From sequence record MK250028.1: a stretch of DNA of 64,000 nt; one strand, written 5' to 3'. Below, piece by piece: positions 1-11,165 of this stretch (positions within the stretch are counted from its first letter, which is position 1; every line of letters begins with the position of its first letter). The notes beneath the pieces were generated by a model. The model made no database searches. It was not told the origin of the DNA and worked only from the letters and a program-made list of their open reading frames with translations. The position numbers were made by a program, and so were the translations under genes.

Positions 1-11
1 TTACTCATAAC

Positions 12-380
12 TTATCTTACCCATTCATTAATATAACCATATTCATTACGTGCATTCTCTGGATAGCGGTTATCAACATCATGTTTCCAACTAAGAAATT
101 CTTCTTCTGTAAAATAACTGTTAGTATACCAGAAATTACAATCACTACCATCACTTGTCTGATGATGATACCTTATCAAATTTGTTCTATGATTCCAAGA
201 TAATGTATCATTATAATTGTATACAGTTTTACCTGTTTTTATATATGATAAAAGTTCTTCCCATGATTTAAAACCATGCTCTTTATAATGTTGTAATTCT
301 TTTATCTTTTTTTCTTTAAGACGAAAGGATTCTTCTTCAATAAACTTATTTTTTAAGTCACTTAAAATATGATTATCCAT
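12..380 (-). CDS. hypothetical protein (122 aa)
   Basis: ORF track; follows 383..565 in the same orientation. Confidence 0.7.
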   Translation of the reverse strand: MDNHILSDLKNKFIEEESFRLKEKKIKELQHYKEHGFKSWEELLSYIKTGKTVYNYNDTLSWNHRTNLIRYHHQTSDGSDCNFWYTNSYFTEEEFLSWKHDVDNRYPENARNEYGYINEWVR

Positions 381-382
381 AA

Positions 383-565
383 TTATTCAATTGTTTTAGA
401 TTCAACAACAAGACCATTACCTATACTAGTTGCAACACGAGATGCATATTCAATATTATTGTAAACTCCATAATACCAATAACCATCTGGACATTCTCTT
501 ACAACAGTATAAGGATATTCAGTTTTATACTCGTTAAACTTATTTGGTAAATTATTTACAACCAT
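383..565 (-). CDS. small hypothetical protein (60 aa)
   Basis: ORF track; TATCTTTG promoter motif upstream at 611-625. Confidence 0.65.
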   Translation of the reverse strand: MVVNNLPNKFNEYKTEYPYTVVRECPDGYWYYGVYNNIEYASRVATSIGNGLVVESKTIE

Positions 566-610
566 AATTTTTATATTTTAAATTATTATTTTTAATTGTT
601 ATTTTTATAA

Positions 611-625
611 TACAAAGATACACAT
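611..625 (-). promoter_or_regulatory. Bacteroidota-type -7 promoter element (ATGTGTATCTTTGTA)
   Basis: Matches TAnnTTTG consensus; near-identical copies at nine intergenic sites. Confidence 0.7.
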
Positions 626-644
626 TTTGTTTTAAATAAAAAAA

Positions 645-1586
645 TTAATCTGGTAAAACTTCAATATTTTTTAGCATTTTAAAGTCATTAATTTTATATT
701 TTAATGTAAACTTTATATTATTACCATTTCTAATAGAACCATTTCTATACATCCATAAGTAATTATAACTTTTACAATAAATGCCGGCTCCATTATTATA
801 TTTTTCACAACACATCAAACGTGTATGTTCTCTCAATGCAGTATCAGACCAAATAAATTCTACTTTATTACCTAAATTATCTTTTAATATAAAACTATAA
901 AACCCAAATACATTAAGTTTATTAACAATACCTTGATAATTATTTACTTGATACCTTACATATTCATCAGACATATCATATTTTTTATAAATATCTCTTA
1001 ATGAATTATTGTATATATTATTAAAGGTTTTCTGTTGTTCTATGTTATCTGTACATTTAATACAAATATTAAGATATACAAAATTTCCTTCGACTTTTGG
1101 TTCACCTACAGTTAATGAATAATTATACATTTTACATGCAGTTTCAGTAAGTTTTTCTAAGAAATGATTAAATGATATATCAGCATTTCCTCTATTCGTT
1201 GCTTTAATTTCTCTATTAGCAATTAATCTAGAACCATCAATAGAAACTGATGAACCATGATTTTCTACATAATTATTAAGTTTATCAAGTGATACGACAA
1301 CACTTAACTTAATAGTATGAGAAGATTCATTATATGATATTTCTTTATATGATTTGATATTACCATTTGTAATCATAACAGTTTCATCCGAAAACAAATC
1401 ATTTGTATCAATAGATGAACGAGATGATATATATGTACCATATGCTTCTGTTAATGCAAATCTTAATGCAGACATTGTTGCTTCTGATTTATTCTTACCA
1501 GTTCCCTCTGATACAATAGTAACATCATTTCCAAAACAACTAATTGTTATAATAGAAAGAAATAAAAATATAATAAATCTTCTCAT
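645..1586 (-). CDS. secreted/lipoprotein, LPP20/FlgT-N-like N-terminal domain (313 aa)
   Basis: N-terminal signal peptide (MRRFIIFLFLSIITISCFG); motif SEGTGKNKSEATMSALRFAL. Confidence 0.55.
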   Translation of the reverse strand: MRRFIIFLFLSIITISCFGNDVTIVSEGTGKNKSEATMSALRFALTEAYGTYISSRSSIDTNDLFSDETVMITNGNIKSYKEISYNESSHTIKLSVVVSLDKLNNYVENHGSSVSIDGSRLIANREIKATNRGNADISFNHFLEKLTETACKMYNYSLTVGEPKVEGNFVYLNICIKCTDNIEQQKTFNNIYNNSLRDIYKKYDMSDEYVRYQVNNYQGIVNKLNVFGFYSFILKDNLGNKVEFIWSDTALREHTRLMCCEKYNNGAGIYCKSYNYLWMYRNGSIRNGNNIKFTLKYKINDFKMLKNIEVLPD

Positions 1587-1593
1587 AATGAAT

Positions 1594-2139
1594 TTACTTT
1601 TTTAACTTAATATAATAAATGTAAACATTTGTATTTCGTTCAGTTATCTTCTTTAACATAGAAAGATTCCTAACTTCACCAATAGATGATTGAACTATTT
1701 CATCTGTAAACGTATAACTATCTGAATTATGCGAATTTTCATTCATATTCGTTGATGTTGATGCACTTATATCAGAATTACCCAAATCATTATTTCCATC
1801 AGAATTTTCTGTATAGAGATTTGATTCTGAATCTTCTACATTATATACAGAATAAGAACGGTTCCTAGCACCTTTTAGAAATTCAACGACTGAACGAGTT
1901 GCCTTCATATTAGCAATTCTATCAATGTATTCAGGATTCCTATTATTTGCAATTTTAATAATGGAAACAAGAACATTACCGTTTGATGTCTTATAAACAT
2001 TACATCCTGTTACACCATTTTCTATATATTCTGATACGACTTTATTACGAAGTTTTACTTTATTCTTTTCACTAATTGCTTGTGAAAAACTATTTGTATA
2101 CATAAAGATACAAATAAGGAAAGATAGAATATATTTCAT
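1594..2139 (-). CDS. secreted protein (181 aa)
   Basis: Signal peptide MKYILSFLICIFMYTNSFS; middle gene of a three-gene secreted cluster. Confidence 0.6.
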   Translation of the reverse strand: MKYILSFLICIFMYTNSFSQAISEKNKVKLRNKVVSEYIENGVTGCNVYKTSNGNVLVSIIKIANNRNPEYIDRIANMKATRSVVEFLKGARNRSYSVYNVEDSESNLYTENSDGNNDLGNSDISASTSTNMNENSHNSDSYTFTDEIVQSSIGEVRNLSMLKKITERNTNVYIYYIKLKK

Positions 2140-2198
2140 AACCTATAATATAATTAATGTTAAACTATATTTTACTTAATTTTATTTAATGTTATCAG

Positions 2199-2873
2199 TT
2201 AATCTTCTGATGAGACAGATTCATTATCATCAGATGCTTTTCTCTTTTTATCAGCTTGATAACTATCAAGTTCATCCCATGCTTCCATCATATCACGTTC
2301 AAATTCTTTTTCTTTCTTAAGAATCGTACGATCTTGCTTCTTCATTGTATCAATAATATTCTCCTTATCATACTTTACACAAACTTCAAATCGATACATA
2401 TTCTTATAACGATTATAATATTTTGCTACTTTAACAACAGAAATACCTTCAGTGATTCCCTTACATGCAGTTACGATATGCTCACGAGATTTATTACTGA
2501 TAGTTGATCCTTCATCTGTTTCCAATTCATCATTATATTGATCAATGCCATAGCGAATATAAAGTTCCATCTTTTGACGAATACTTGCAGATGCCGCAGC
2601 CTTTGCCTTGTTAAGTGCAAACATTTGGTTCTTTGATTCACCAATACCATAAGCACGGATTTCGCCTGTACCAGTTTCCAATGCATATTCCATTACTGGT
2701 GATATATCATCAAATGAATATCCATCATTTTTTGGACCATATTCATTAATATACTGTTGCAACTTTTGATTCTCTACACGGAGATTATGAATCTCTGTAG
2801 TATCCTTTTTACTTGCATAACTTGTAACCGTAATCGCAAACATTGCGATAATCATAAAAATAAATTTCTTCAT
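2199..2873 (-). CDS. LPP20-like secreted protein (224 aa)
   Basis: Signal peptide; RAYGIGESKNQMFALNKAKAAASASIRQ motif typical of LPP20-like domains. Confidence 0.55.
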   Translation of the reverse strand: MKKFIFMIIAMFAITVTSYASKKDTTEIHNLRVENQKLQQYINEYGPKNDGYSFDDISPVMEYALETGTGEIRAYGIGESKNQMFALNKAKAAASASIRQKMELYIRYGIDQYNDELETDEGSTISNKSREHIVTACKGITEGISVVKVAKYYNRYKNMYRFEVCVKYDKENIIDTMKKQDRTILKKEKEFERDMMEAWDELDSYQADKKRKASDDNESVSSED

Positions 2874-2924
2874 AACGTATAAGTTTTTTAAAAAATTAAT
2901 AATACTTTATTTAATTTAAACTAA

Positions 2925-2937
2925 TACAAAGATACAT
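2925..2937 (-). promoter_or_regulatory. TAnnTTTG promoter element
   Basis: ATGTATCTTTGTA on minus strand about 50 nt upstream of 2873. Confidence 0.65.
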
Positions 2938-3006
2938 AAAATAATTATAATAAAAAAATATAAACTACAAATATAAGTTAATAAATAAGAAAATATTTTA
3001 ATTAAT

Positions 3007-3257
3007 ATGGAAAGATTATATAAAGAATTAATTAAAGATATATCAATAAGTGTAAAGTAGGCAATAGAAGAATCAATAGGTACATTACAAACTGATAATG
3101 ATATAGATATAATATATATATACGTAATAATATTAATAATTTAGATTTAAGTGAGTTTAATTATGATATATTAAATTATCTGATACCTGATAAAGAAACA
3201 TTAATTAATACAGTATTATGTAAAATGTCGGTATCTAATGTTATAGATAAAAAATAA
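3007..3257 (+). pseudogene. small TAG-containing ORF frameshifted in a (TA)5 tract
   Basis: MERLYKELIKDISISVK(TAG)AIEES leader resembles other genes; removing one TA at 3113-3122 restores an open frame to TAA 3255-3257. Confidence 0.45.
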
Positions 3258-3325
3258 GTGTAAAAAATAACTTTTTAACATTTTTAGATATATAATAAAA
3301 AGATTTTTTCGATTAAATAAGATTT

Positions 3326-5230
3326 ATGGTAAGCAAGAAGAGTTTAGAAAGTAAGTATCAAAGTATGTCGGAATTAGATCATATCTTGAATAGATCAGGT
3401 ATGTATATAGGTTCCGTAAAGAATGAGAATAAGCAAATGTTTTTATATTCATCAGATGATGCAAAGATGAAATTAGTTGATGTTGAATATACACCAGCAT
3501 TGTTAAAGATGTTGGATGAGATTATATCAAATTCATGTGATGAGTATAGAAGAATAGATAATATGGGATTGACAGAAATGTCTGTTACCATTGATAAGCA
3601 TGGACGAGTAATCGTAAGAGATAATGGTGGTATTCCTGTTGTTAAACATAAGGAAGCAGGAATTTATATTCCTGAATTTATATTCTCACAACTAAGGACA
3701 AGTAGTAATTTTGATGATTCAGAAGATAGAGATGTAATAGGTACAAACGGTCTTGGTAGTAAAATTTGTAATATATTCTCTACGTTTTTTTCTATATATA
3801 CAGCAGATAAGAAACATTCATATTATAGATCATGGAAGAATAACATGCGAGAAATGAATGATGATTTACAAGTTAAGACCACGAAAGATCATTTTACAGA
3901 AAGTACATTTGACGTTGATTTTTCCAGATTTGAATGTGGTAATGAGTTCTCGGAAGATTTTATTAATATTATAGAAAAACGTTGTATTGATGCAGCTGCC
4001 GCTAATATAGGTTTAACTGTTCATTTTAAATATACAAATGGTAATGATGTTGTTAGAGAATCTGAATGGCATTTTCGTGCATTTGATGAGTATATTGATT
4101 TATTTTCTGATTATGTAGATACAGAACAAATGTTGAAGTTTTCTGATTCTATCATGCAAGTTTGGGTATTTCCTGATAATGGTATTAATGTTGGATTTGT
4201 GAATGGTGCTGAATGCTCAAGAGGAACACATATCAAAGCGGTTAGAAATGAAATTAATTCTGCTGTATCTGCATATCTTTTATCAAAAGAAAAAATTGAT
4301 ATTACACCAAAGAATGTAGATGGAAAATATTCAATGTTCTGTACATTCCATGTTAATAATCCGTCTTATGATTCACAGACAAAGGAATGTTTGACAACAG
4401 TAGTTGAAAGATTTTCAAATGATAATAAGTATACATTTAAGGTACCAGATTCATTTATTAAGTCTGTTTTGAAATCAGAGATTGTAGATATTGTAATAGA
4501 TTGGTATAAACAAAAATGTGAAGTAGAGGATCAAAAAACATTAAGAAAACTTAATAGACAAGCTAAAGCGAAAATTCGTAATAATGATAAATTCATTGAT
4601 GCAAATTCTAAAAGATCAGCTGATAGAGAGCTTTGGATATTCGAGGGTGATTCTGCACGCGCAGGATTTAGAGCAGCAAGAGACCCACAAACACAAGCAG
4701 CATATATGTTACGAGGAGTAATTCTTAATGTAATGGGACTTGCTCCAACAAAGATTATGGCAAATAAAGAGTTGTCTGATTTATTTAATATCATCGGTTT
4801 ACAATGGGGTGAACCTGTAGATGTGAAGAAATTGAATTTCAGTAAATTGGTTATAGCAACAGATGCTGATTTTGATGGTAGTAAAATCGCAGGTCTTCTT
4901 TTAACATTCTTTAATTTATGGCCAGAACTTTATGATGCAGGTTTAATTTGTAGATGTATTACACCTATTATTAAAGCTGTTAAAGGAAACGATGTTCAGA
5001 AATTTTATACGATGGATGAATTTAGGAAGAAAGAAAATTCATTGAAAGGATACAAGATAACATATTTAAAAGGTCTTGGTTCAAGTACGAATGAAGATTA
5101 TAAGGATATGATGAGAAATTCTGTTCTTCATTTCTTTAAGAAAGATGAACTTTCTGATATGACTATTAAAACATGGTTTGGAAAGGGTATTGCAAAAGAG
5201 AGAAAATCATTACTTAAGAATGAAGTTTAA
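3326..5230 (+). CDS. gp39/60: DNA topoisomerase II large (ATPase/TOPRIM) subunit, T4 gp39+gp60 fused type
   Basis: GHKL motifs (EIISNSCDE, DNGGIP, GTNGLGSK) and TOPRIM motifs (IFEGDSA, ATDADFDG, KGLGS). Confidence 0.95.
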   Translation: MVSKKSLESKYQSMSELDHILNRSGMYIGSVKNENKQMFLYSSDDAKMKLVDVEYTPALLKMLDEIISNSCDEYRRIDNMGLTEMSVTIDKHGRVIVRDNGGIPVVKHKEAGIYIPEFIFSQLRTSSNFDDSEDRDVIGTNGLGSKICNIFSTFFSIYTADKKHSYYRSWKNNMREMNDDLQVKTTKDHFTESTFDVDFSRFECGNEFSEDFINIIEKRCIDAAAANIGLTVHFKYTNGNDVVRESEWHFRAFDEYIDLFSDYVDTEQMLKFSDSIMQVWVFPDNGINVGFVNGAECSRGTHIKAVRNEINSAVSAYLLSKEKIDITPKNVDGKYSMFCTFHVNNPSYDSQTKECLTTVVERFSNDNKYTFKVPDSFIKSVLKSEIVDIVIDWYKQKCEVEDQKTLRKLNRQAKAKIRNNDKFIDANSKRSADRELWIFEGDSARAGFRAARDPQTQAAYMLRGVILNVMGLAPTKIMANKELSDLFNIIGLQWGEPVDVKKLNFSKLVIATDADFDGSKIAGLLLTFFNLWPELYDAGLICRCITPIIKAVKGNDVQKFYTMDEFRKKENSLKGYKITYLKGLGSSTNEDYKDMMRNSVLHFFKKDELSDMTIKTWFGKGIAKERKSLLKNEV

Positions 5231-5236
5231 TTATAT

Positions 5237-5278
5237 AATTCCATATGTTAATAAATTTTAAACATATGGAATTTTTTA
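5237..5278 (+). terminator. intrinsic terminator
   Basis: AATTCCATATG...CATATGGAATT hairpin followed by a T tract. Confidence 0.7.
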
Positions 5279-5293
5279 TTATATAATAATGTG

Positions 5294-5304
5294 TGTATCT
5301 TTGT
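5294..5304 (+). promoter_or_regulatory. TAnnTTTG promoter element
   Basis: TGTATCTTTGT about 33 nt upstream of 5337. Confidence 0.65.
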
Positions 5305-5336
5305 GATAATATATAAAATTAAATAAAAAATAAATT

Positions 5337-6281
5337 ATGAATAAAGAATTATTAAAAGAAAATATATCGGAATCCGTTAAAGATATATTAAAGAAATATA
5401 ATATTAGTGATATTAATGAATCAAATATATTAATATCTATAAATAATTGTATAGATAATATATTTGAAGGAATAGATATAGATCAAAGAAAACGACTTGT
5501 ATCATTTAATCCAAATCATCAGAATTATGTAGATACAAATGATCCATGGAATCCAAAACCTATATATAATGAAGTAGAAGGTTATAAGGTAATTTCAATA
5601 TTTAAACGTAAAGAAACTGAAGATAAACATGATGGAAATCCTGTTATATATGCACTTAAAGATATAAGAGGATGGAAATTTAAAAATCCATCATATGACA
5701 TATTTGCATTATTACGTAGATTTGTTTCAGTAACAAAAGAGCTTAAAGAAAATTTTGATGTTATTATTACCACACCATCTTCTAATAAATTAAATACCGA
5801 AGTTTTATATAGAATAAGGAGACTTATAAATCATGAAACATCATATGAGGATTTCTTTTATAAATATGGTGCTAATGATGTGTATGAAAATTTTCTTGAT
5901 ACTAATTATCTAGAAACACATTATAATGAAGATGAGCAGGAACATATACATGATTTATTATATGAAGCAATTTCTAATATGATGAAACCTAAAGAAAACA
6001 AAGGTAATGATGGTATTTTTTCTTATAAATTTATACCCCAACAAGAATTACGAAAATGTATTATAAAATCATTAGGCATTAATAAATTGTATAAAGATGA
6101 AATAACATATGGTAAGTATTTAAATGGTAAGAAAATACTGGTTATAGATGATACAGTCACATCGGGTAAAACCATATCTGATTCGGCGACAGCAATAAAA
6201 GATATGTATGATCCAGAATCTATAACATTTTTAACTTTATTTTCACCATTAGAACGAAATAAAAATAATTTAGAAAAATGA
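5337..6281 (+). CDS. phosphoribosyltransferase-fold protein, paralog 1
   Basis: PRPP-binding loop [18 protein letters not shown]; strongly similar to 9346..10272. Confidence 0.8.
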   Translation: MNKELLKENISESVKDILKKYNISDINESNILISINNCIDNIFEGIDIDQRKRLVSFNPNHQNYVDTNDPWNPKPIYNEVEGYKVISIFKRKETEDKHDGNPVIYALKDIRGWKFKNPSYDIFALLRRFVSVTKELKENFDVIITTPSSNKLNTEVLYRIRRLINHETSYEDFFYKYGANDVYENFLDTNYLETHYNEDEQEHIHDLLYEAISNMMKPKENKGNDGIFSYKFIPQQELRKCIIKSLGINKLYKDEITYGKYLNGKKILVIDDTVTSGKTISDSATAIKDMYDPESITFLTLFSPLERNKNNLEK

Positions 6282-7156
6282 ATATTATAGATGGGAAATT
6301 AATATCAACTCAAATTAAAGAAGAAATAAAAAATGAAGTTGATAATATTATAAATAAAGGAGGACGACAACCACATCTTGTAGCAATAATAGTAGGTCAT
6401 GATGGAGGATCTGAAACATATGTACGAAATAAAGTTAAAGCTTGTGAAGCATGTGGATTTAAAAGTACAGTATACCAATATGAAGATAATATATCAGAAG
6501 AAGATTTAATTAATAAAATTATATTATTAAATAATAATCCGAATGTAGATGGTTTTATAGTTCAACTTCCATTACCTAAACATATTAATGAACAAAAAAT
6601 AATTGAAACAATTGATTATAAAAAGGATGTAGATGGTTTTCATCCAATTAATGTAGGACGATTAAATATAGGTTTACCTTGTTATATATCAGCTACGCCA
6701 AAAGGTATTTTTGAATTATTGAAAAGATATAATATTGAAACAAAAGGAAAACATTGTGTTATTATTGGACGTAGTAATATTGTTGGTAAACCTATGTCTA
6801 CATTGATGGTTCAAAAACAATATGGAGATTCAACAGTAACAGTATGCCATTCACATACTGAGAATTTAAAGGAAATAACAAAACATGCAGATATATTAAT
6901 TGTAGCTCTTGGTAAACCTGAATTTGTAACTGCAGATATGATAAAAGAAAATGCAGTTGTTATTGATGTTGGTACAACACGAATTCCTGATAATACAAAA
7001 AAGTCAGGATTTAGATTATGTGGAGATGTAAAATATAATGAAGTTGCACCGTTATGTAGTTATATTACACCTGTACCTGGAGGAGTCGGACCTATGACGA
7101 TTGCAATGCTTATGCAAAATACATTATCTGCGTATAAACATGAAATATATGATTAA
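6278..7156 (+). CDS. folD: bifunctional methylenetetrahydrofolate dehydrogenase/cyclohydrolase
   Basis: [47 protein letters not shown] motifs. Confidence 0.97.
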   Translation: MNIIDGKLISTQIKEEIKNEVDNIINKGGRQPHLVAIIVGHDGGSETYVRNKVKACEACGFKSTVYQYEDNISEEDLINKIILLNNNPNVDGFIVQLPLPKHINEQKIIETIDYKKDVDGFHPINVGRLNIGLPCYISATPKGIFELLKRYNIETKGKHCVIIGRSNIVGKPMSTLMVQKQYGDSTVTVCHSHTENLKEITKHADILIVALGKPEFVTADMIKENAVVIDVGTTRIPDNTKKSGFRLCGDVKYNEVAPLCSYITPVPGGVGPMTIAMLMQNTLSAYKHEIYD

Positions 7157-7175
7157 TTATTAAAATGAATAAATT

Positions 7176-7730
7176 ATGACTATTATATTTTCAAATATGT
7201 TAGATCCAGATTGTCAAGTTATTAGAAATGCATGGCAAGGATTAGATAATATACATCTTATAGAAATAACACCAGATATAGATGGTTATGAAGATATAGT
7301 TAATAATGCAATTATATCAGAAGATGATACTATATTATTTTTGGGACATGGTACAGCAAAAGGTTTATTATTTCCAAATTTTAATAAAGAAAAATATTTA
7401 TTACATGAATTTAATATAAATTTAGTTCATGCAAAAAATATAATATGTTGTTGGTGTTATGCATCAGATTTTGTAATTAATAATAACTTACATAATACAT
7501 TCTCAACATCTATGTTTATTTCTAATACAAATGAAGCAAATGATAATGGTATAGATAATTATACACAAAAACAAATTAATATAAATGGTGAGAGATTTTA
7601 TAGTAATATAAATCAATTATTGAAATATAATATACCATTGAATGAATGGGTAATGCAATTGGGTGCAAAGATGGATATTGAAAATGAAATAGATACATTT
7701 AATAGACAAGGATTATTTTATAAAGAATAA
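7176..7730 (+). CDS. hypothetical protein (184 aa)
   Basis: ORF track; contiguous with folD. Confidence 0.75.
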   Translation: MTIIFSNMLDPDCQVIRNAWQGLDNIHLIEITPDIDGYEDIVNNAIISEDDTILFLGHGTAKGLLFPNFNKEKYLLHEFNINLVHAKNIICCWCYASDFVINNNLHNTFSTSMFISNTNEANDNGIDNYTQKQININGERFYSNINQLLKYNIPLNEWVMQLGAKMDIENEIDTFNRQGLFYKE

Positions 7731-7765
7731 AAAAGGAAGATACAATAATAAGTATCTTCCTTTTT
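7730..7765. terminator. bidirectional terminator between convergent genes
   Basis: AAAAAGGAAGATAC...GTATCTTCCTTTTT hairpin. Confidence 0.75.
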
Positions 7766-7770
7766 ATATA

Positions 7771-9231
7771 TTAAATTAATTTACCTTTTATAATATCTTC
7801 TTTGATAATATTAAACAATTTTTCTCCAAAAGCATTTAAATCTTTAACAACACATGTATAAACTGCATCATCTGAATCTCTATAAGCATATGCATTATCA
7901 GATATATATTTGTTCCTATATGTATCAGATGGTGAAAGTTTTGTTAAATTAATTAATACATCAGATTTATTCATATCTGAACTTCCAGACTGTAAATAAC
8001 ATTGTATAATAAATTTACGCACATCGGTATTATAATATAATGATTTAATAGCTCCACTCCAATCATTATAATTAACATTAATTAATTTATCAGGATTATT
8101 CTTTAATATTTGCTTAATATTTTCTTTTACCCATTCAAAATAATTAGAAGGATTACTATCCATATTATATTTAATTAAAGTTTCTTCACTATGTTCTGCA
8201 TTTCCTGATTCATCTCCCGTTTGTTTATATTTAATATAAGGTTTAACGATATATAAAAATACTCCTTTTGAAAATAATTTTATTATATTAGGCTTATTTT
8301 CAAAATATCTACATGCAGTGAAATTATATTTAAATAAATTATTTCCATCAAATTTTTCATTGAAATCACGTCGTCTTGCATCTGGTGCGAATGACGCAGC
8401 TTCATTATGAATAAAACAATCATATGAATTTTCCTTTATATCAATAGTTAAATATTGATAAAATGTATCCCAACCTCTTTTTCTAGTGCCTACATTTTCA
8501 TAAATTTCAAATAATACATCATTTGTACTTTTAAATAATTTATTAAAATTAACAATATCATTTTGAAGTAAACTGATAAGTTTATCAAAGTTCTATCCAG
8601 ATTTTCTAACTAAACTATTTACATATTTTTCAATATCTACTTCACATTTATCAAATGCTTTGTTATAACTACCAACAAAACTGGTTTTTAAATCATTGCT
8701 ATCATATAATGATACAGGTATATGTTGTATAAGTGAATCTAGTATTGTAATATATTTTTTATTAATAGGTGAACGTTTAGCACGTGGTTTTGAAACATTA
8801 GGAGTTGAAATTACAGGTTCAGTTACACGTGTTTTTCTAGAAACCGGTTGTTTTTGTACAGGTTCAGATGAAATACCCATATTAATATTATATAGCTATT
8901 GAATTTCTTCTATAGTTCCACCCAAATCTAATATTCTGTGTCCAAATAATTTGAATACTTTAATTTTATCTATATCTCTTTCACTTTTTGGACATGGTTT
9001 TTTCATAATAATTAAAGCTGCAACATATCTGTTAAGTAAATCATCCTTAGTAAGTTTCTTCATAGGTTTTACCAACTCACATTCAGTAGCTTTATTTCTT
9101 GAACAAACTGACGCAACACTTAACCATAATTTCCTATCTAATGTTCTATGGTCAATACGTTTTGCCATTTCATTTAATGATTTCTTTAAACTATATGATA
9201 TACCATTCATTAATTCTTTATATAATGACAT
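7771..9231 (-). CDS. TAG-recoded hypothetical protein (486 aa, 2 in-frame TAG)
   Basis: Track fragments 8896..9231, 8593..8880 and 7771..8163 share one frame, separated only by TAG at 8896 and 8593; N-terminal about 115 aa paralogous to 39811..41436. Confidence 0.85.
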
Positions 9232-9307
9232 TGTGTTTAATATTAAAACTTTTTATATTTATTTGTTTTAATAGTAAAGACTTTATGTTTCCTAATTAAT
9301 AAAATAA

Positions 9308-9320
9308 ATGTATCTTTGTA
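9308..9320 (+). promoter_or_regulatory. TAnnTTTG promoter element
   Basis: ATGTATCTTTGTA upstream of 9346. Confidence 0.65.
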
Positions 9321-9345
9321 TATAAATTAAAAATAATAGTTAGTT

Positions 9346-10272
9346 ATGACTAAAGATGAATTGAAAAATATTGTTTCCTCTGTTATGAGTGAAACTTTAA
9401 AAAAATATAATATTAATGAAATTGAAACAAATAATATGTTATTTTCATTAAATGAATATATGGATAATCATATGTTTGAAGGAATAGATGTAGATGATGA
9501 AAATCATATTGTTTCATTTAATCCTAATCATCAAGAATATGTAGATACAAATGATCATTGGAATCCAAAACCTATATATAATGAAATAAATGGTTATAAG
9601 GTAATATCTATATTCAAACGAAAGGATACAGAAAATAATTTAGACGGTAATCCTTTAATTTATGCATTAAAAGGTCATAAATGGAAGTTTAAGAATCCAT
9701 CATATGATATATTCGCGTTATTACGTAGATTCGTTGCAGTAACAAAAGAACTTAAAGAAACATATGATGTAATTATAACAACACCATCATCTAATAAATT
9801 AAATACTGAAGTATTATATAAAGTTAGAAGGTTGATAAAACATGAAACTTCATATGAAGATTTCTTTATGAAGAATGATGCTATTTATGTATATGAAGAA
9901 TTATTGGATAATAATTGGATTGAAAAACATTATAATGAAAAAGATGCAAAACGAATAGATACTGAAATATATAGGGCTATTTGTCGCATACAAAAATCAA
10001 AAGATAACGGAGGTAATGATGGTGTTTTTTCATATAAGTTTATACGAAATAAAGATGTAAGAAATGCAATAATTCAATCCATGAGTATAAATGATATGTA
10101 TAAAGATGAAATAACATATGGTAAGTATTTAAATGGAAAGAAAATATTGGTTATAGATGATACAGTTACATCTGGTAAGACTATATCTGATTCTGCTGAA
10201 GCAATTATTGAAACATATGCACCAGAATCTATAACATTCCTAACTTTATTTTCACCTTTAATGTCTGAATAA
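9346..10272 (+). CDS. phosphoribosyltransferase-fold protein, paralog 2
   Basis: [18 protein letters not shown]; long identical blocks with 5337..6281. Confidence 0.8.
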   Translation: MTKDELKNIVSSVMSETLKKYNINEIETNNMLFSLNEYMDNHMFEGIDVDDENHIVSFNPNHQEYVDTNDHWNPKPIYNEINGYKVISIFKRKDTENNLDGNPLIYALKGHKWKFKNPSYDIFALLRRFVAVTKELKETYDVIITTPSSNKLNTEVLYKVRRLIKHETSYEDFFMKNDAIYVYEELLDNNWIEKHYNEKDAKRIDTEIYRAICRIQKSKDNGGNDGVFSYKFIRNKDVRNAIIQSMSINDMYKDEITYGKYLNGKKILVIDDTVTSGKTISDSAEAIIETYAPESITFLTLFSPLMSE

Positions 10273-10274
10273 TT

Positions 10275-11147
10275 ATGAAGAAATTATTTAATTTAAATAA
10301 TAATATTTGTGACCAAATATTAAATGAAGCACAAATACATTTTACAAAGAATTGTTCAAATAAATGTCCATTTTGTATAGATGCATTTAATAACGGTGTT
10401 GGAAATTCAAAACCTGATATTGATAAGATATTTTTATCAGTTTTAAATATAAAAGATAAAATTGATGAAATTGCAGTGTCTGGGGGCGAACCTATGCTTT
10501 ATATAGAAGACTTACTTAAGTTGGTAAAGAATATAAAAAGATTTGCTAAATTACCGGTTACTGTAATTACATCAATGCCTATACCATGCTGGACAGAAAA
10601 GGAAACATTCTTTGAAATTATAAAAGTGATAGATCATTTAATCATATCACCACAACATTACGATCAAGAAGTTGGTGACAAAATAAGACATAGTGTTTCA
10701 CTTTATAATAGAGATAGATTATTTGAAGAAATTCCATATAAGAATAAAGTTTCATTAACACTAAATGCTATTAAAGGATATTTAGATTCAAAAGAAGATT
10801 TTATTGATAATATTAAACATTTTGAAAAATTAGGGTATTCTCATTTTAAGTTAGCAGAAATGTTTGAACATGATGAACTTTATGTTTCATTAGAGGATAT
10901 ATTTGGATTTAAATTACCTAAACCATTCGCTTATGGTTGTAGTAATAAACATTTTGATTTATCACCATATTTAGGATATAAATCAAATTCAGATTTTACA
11001 ATAAAAAGATGTTGTTTTTATAAAACACATAAACAACATGCATCAATAAATGATTTATTGAAAATACTAATAAGACCATTATTTTCAAAGAAATATTTCT
11101 TTTGTATAATATATGAAAATGGTGAAATTGTTCAGAGATGGTCATAA
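10275..11147 (+). CDS. radical SAM protein
   Basis: CxxxCxxC (CSNKCPFC) and SGGEP motif. Confidence 0.88.
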   Translation: MKKLFNLNNNICDQILNEAQIHFTKNCSNKCPFCIDAFNNGVGNSKPDIDKIFLSVLNIKDKIDEIAVSGGEPMLYIEDLLKLVKNIKRFAKLPVTVITSMPIPCWTEKETFFEIIKVIDHLIISPQHYDQEVGDKIRHSVSLYNRDRLFEEIPYKNKVSLTLNAIKGYLDSKEDFIDNIKHFEKLGYSHFKLAEMFEHDELYVSLEDIFGFKLPKPFAYGCSNKHFDLSPYLGYKSNSDFTIKRCCFYKTHKQHASINDLLKILIRPLFSKKYFFCIIYENGEIVQRWS

Positions 11148-11165
11148 AATTAAATAAAAATAAAA

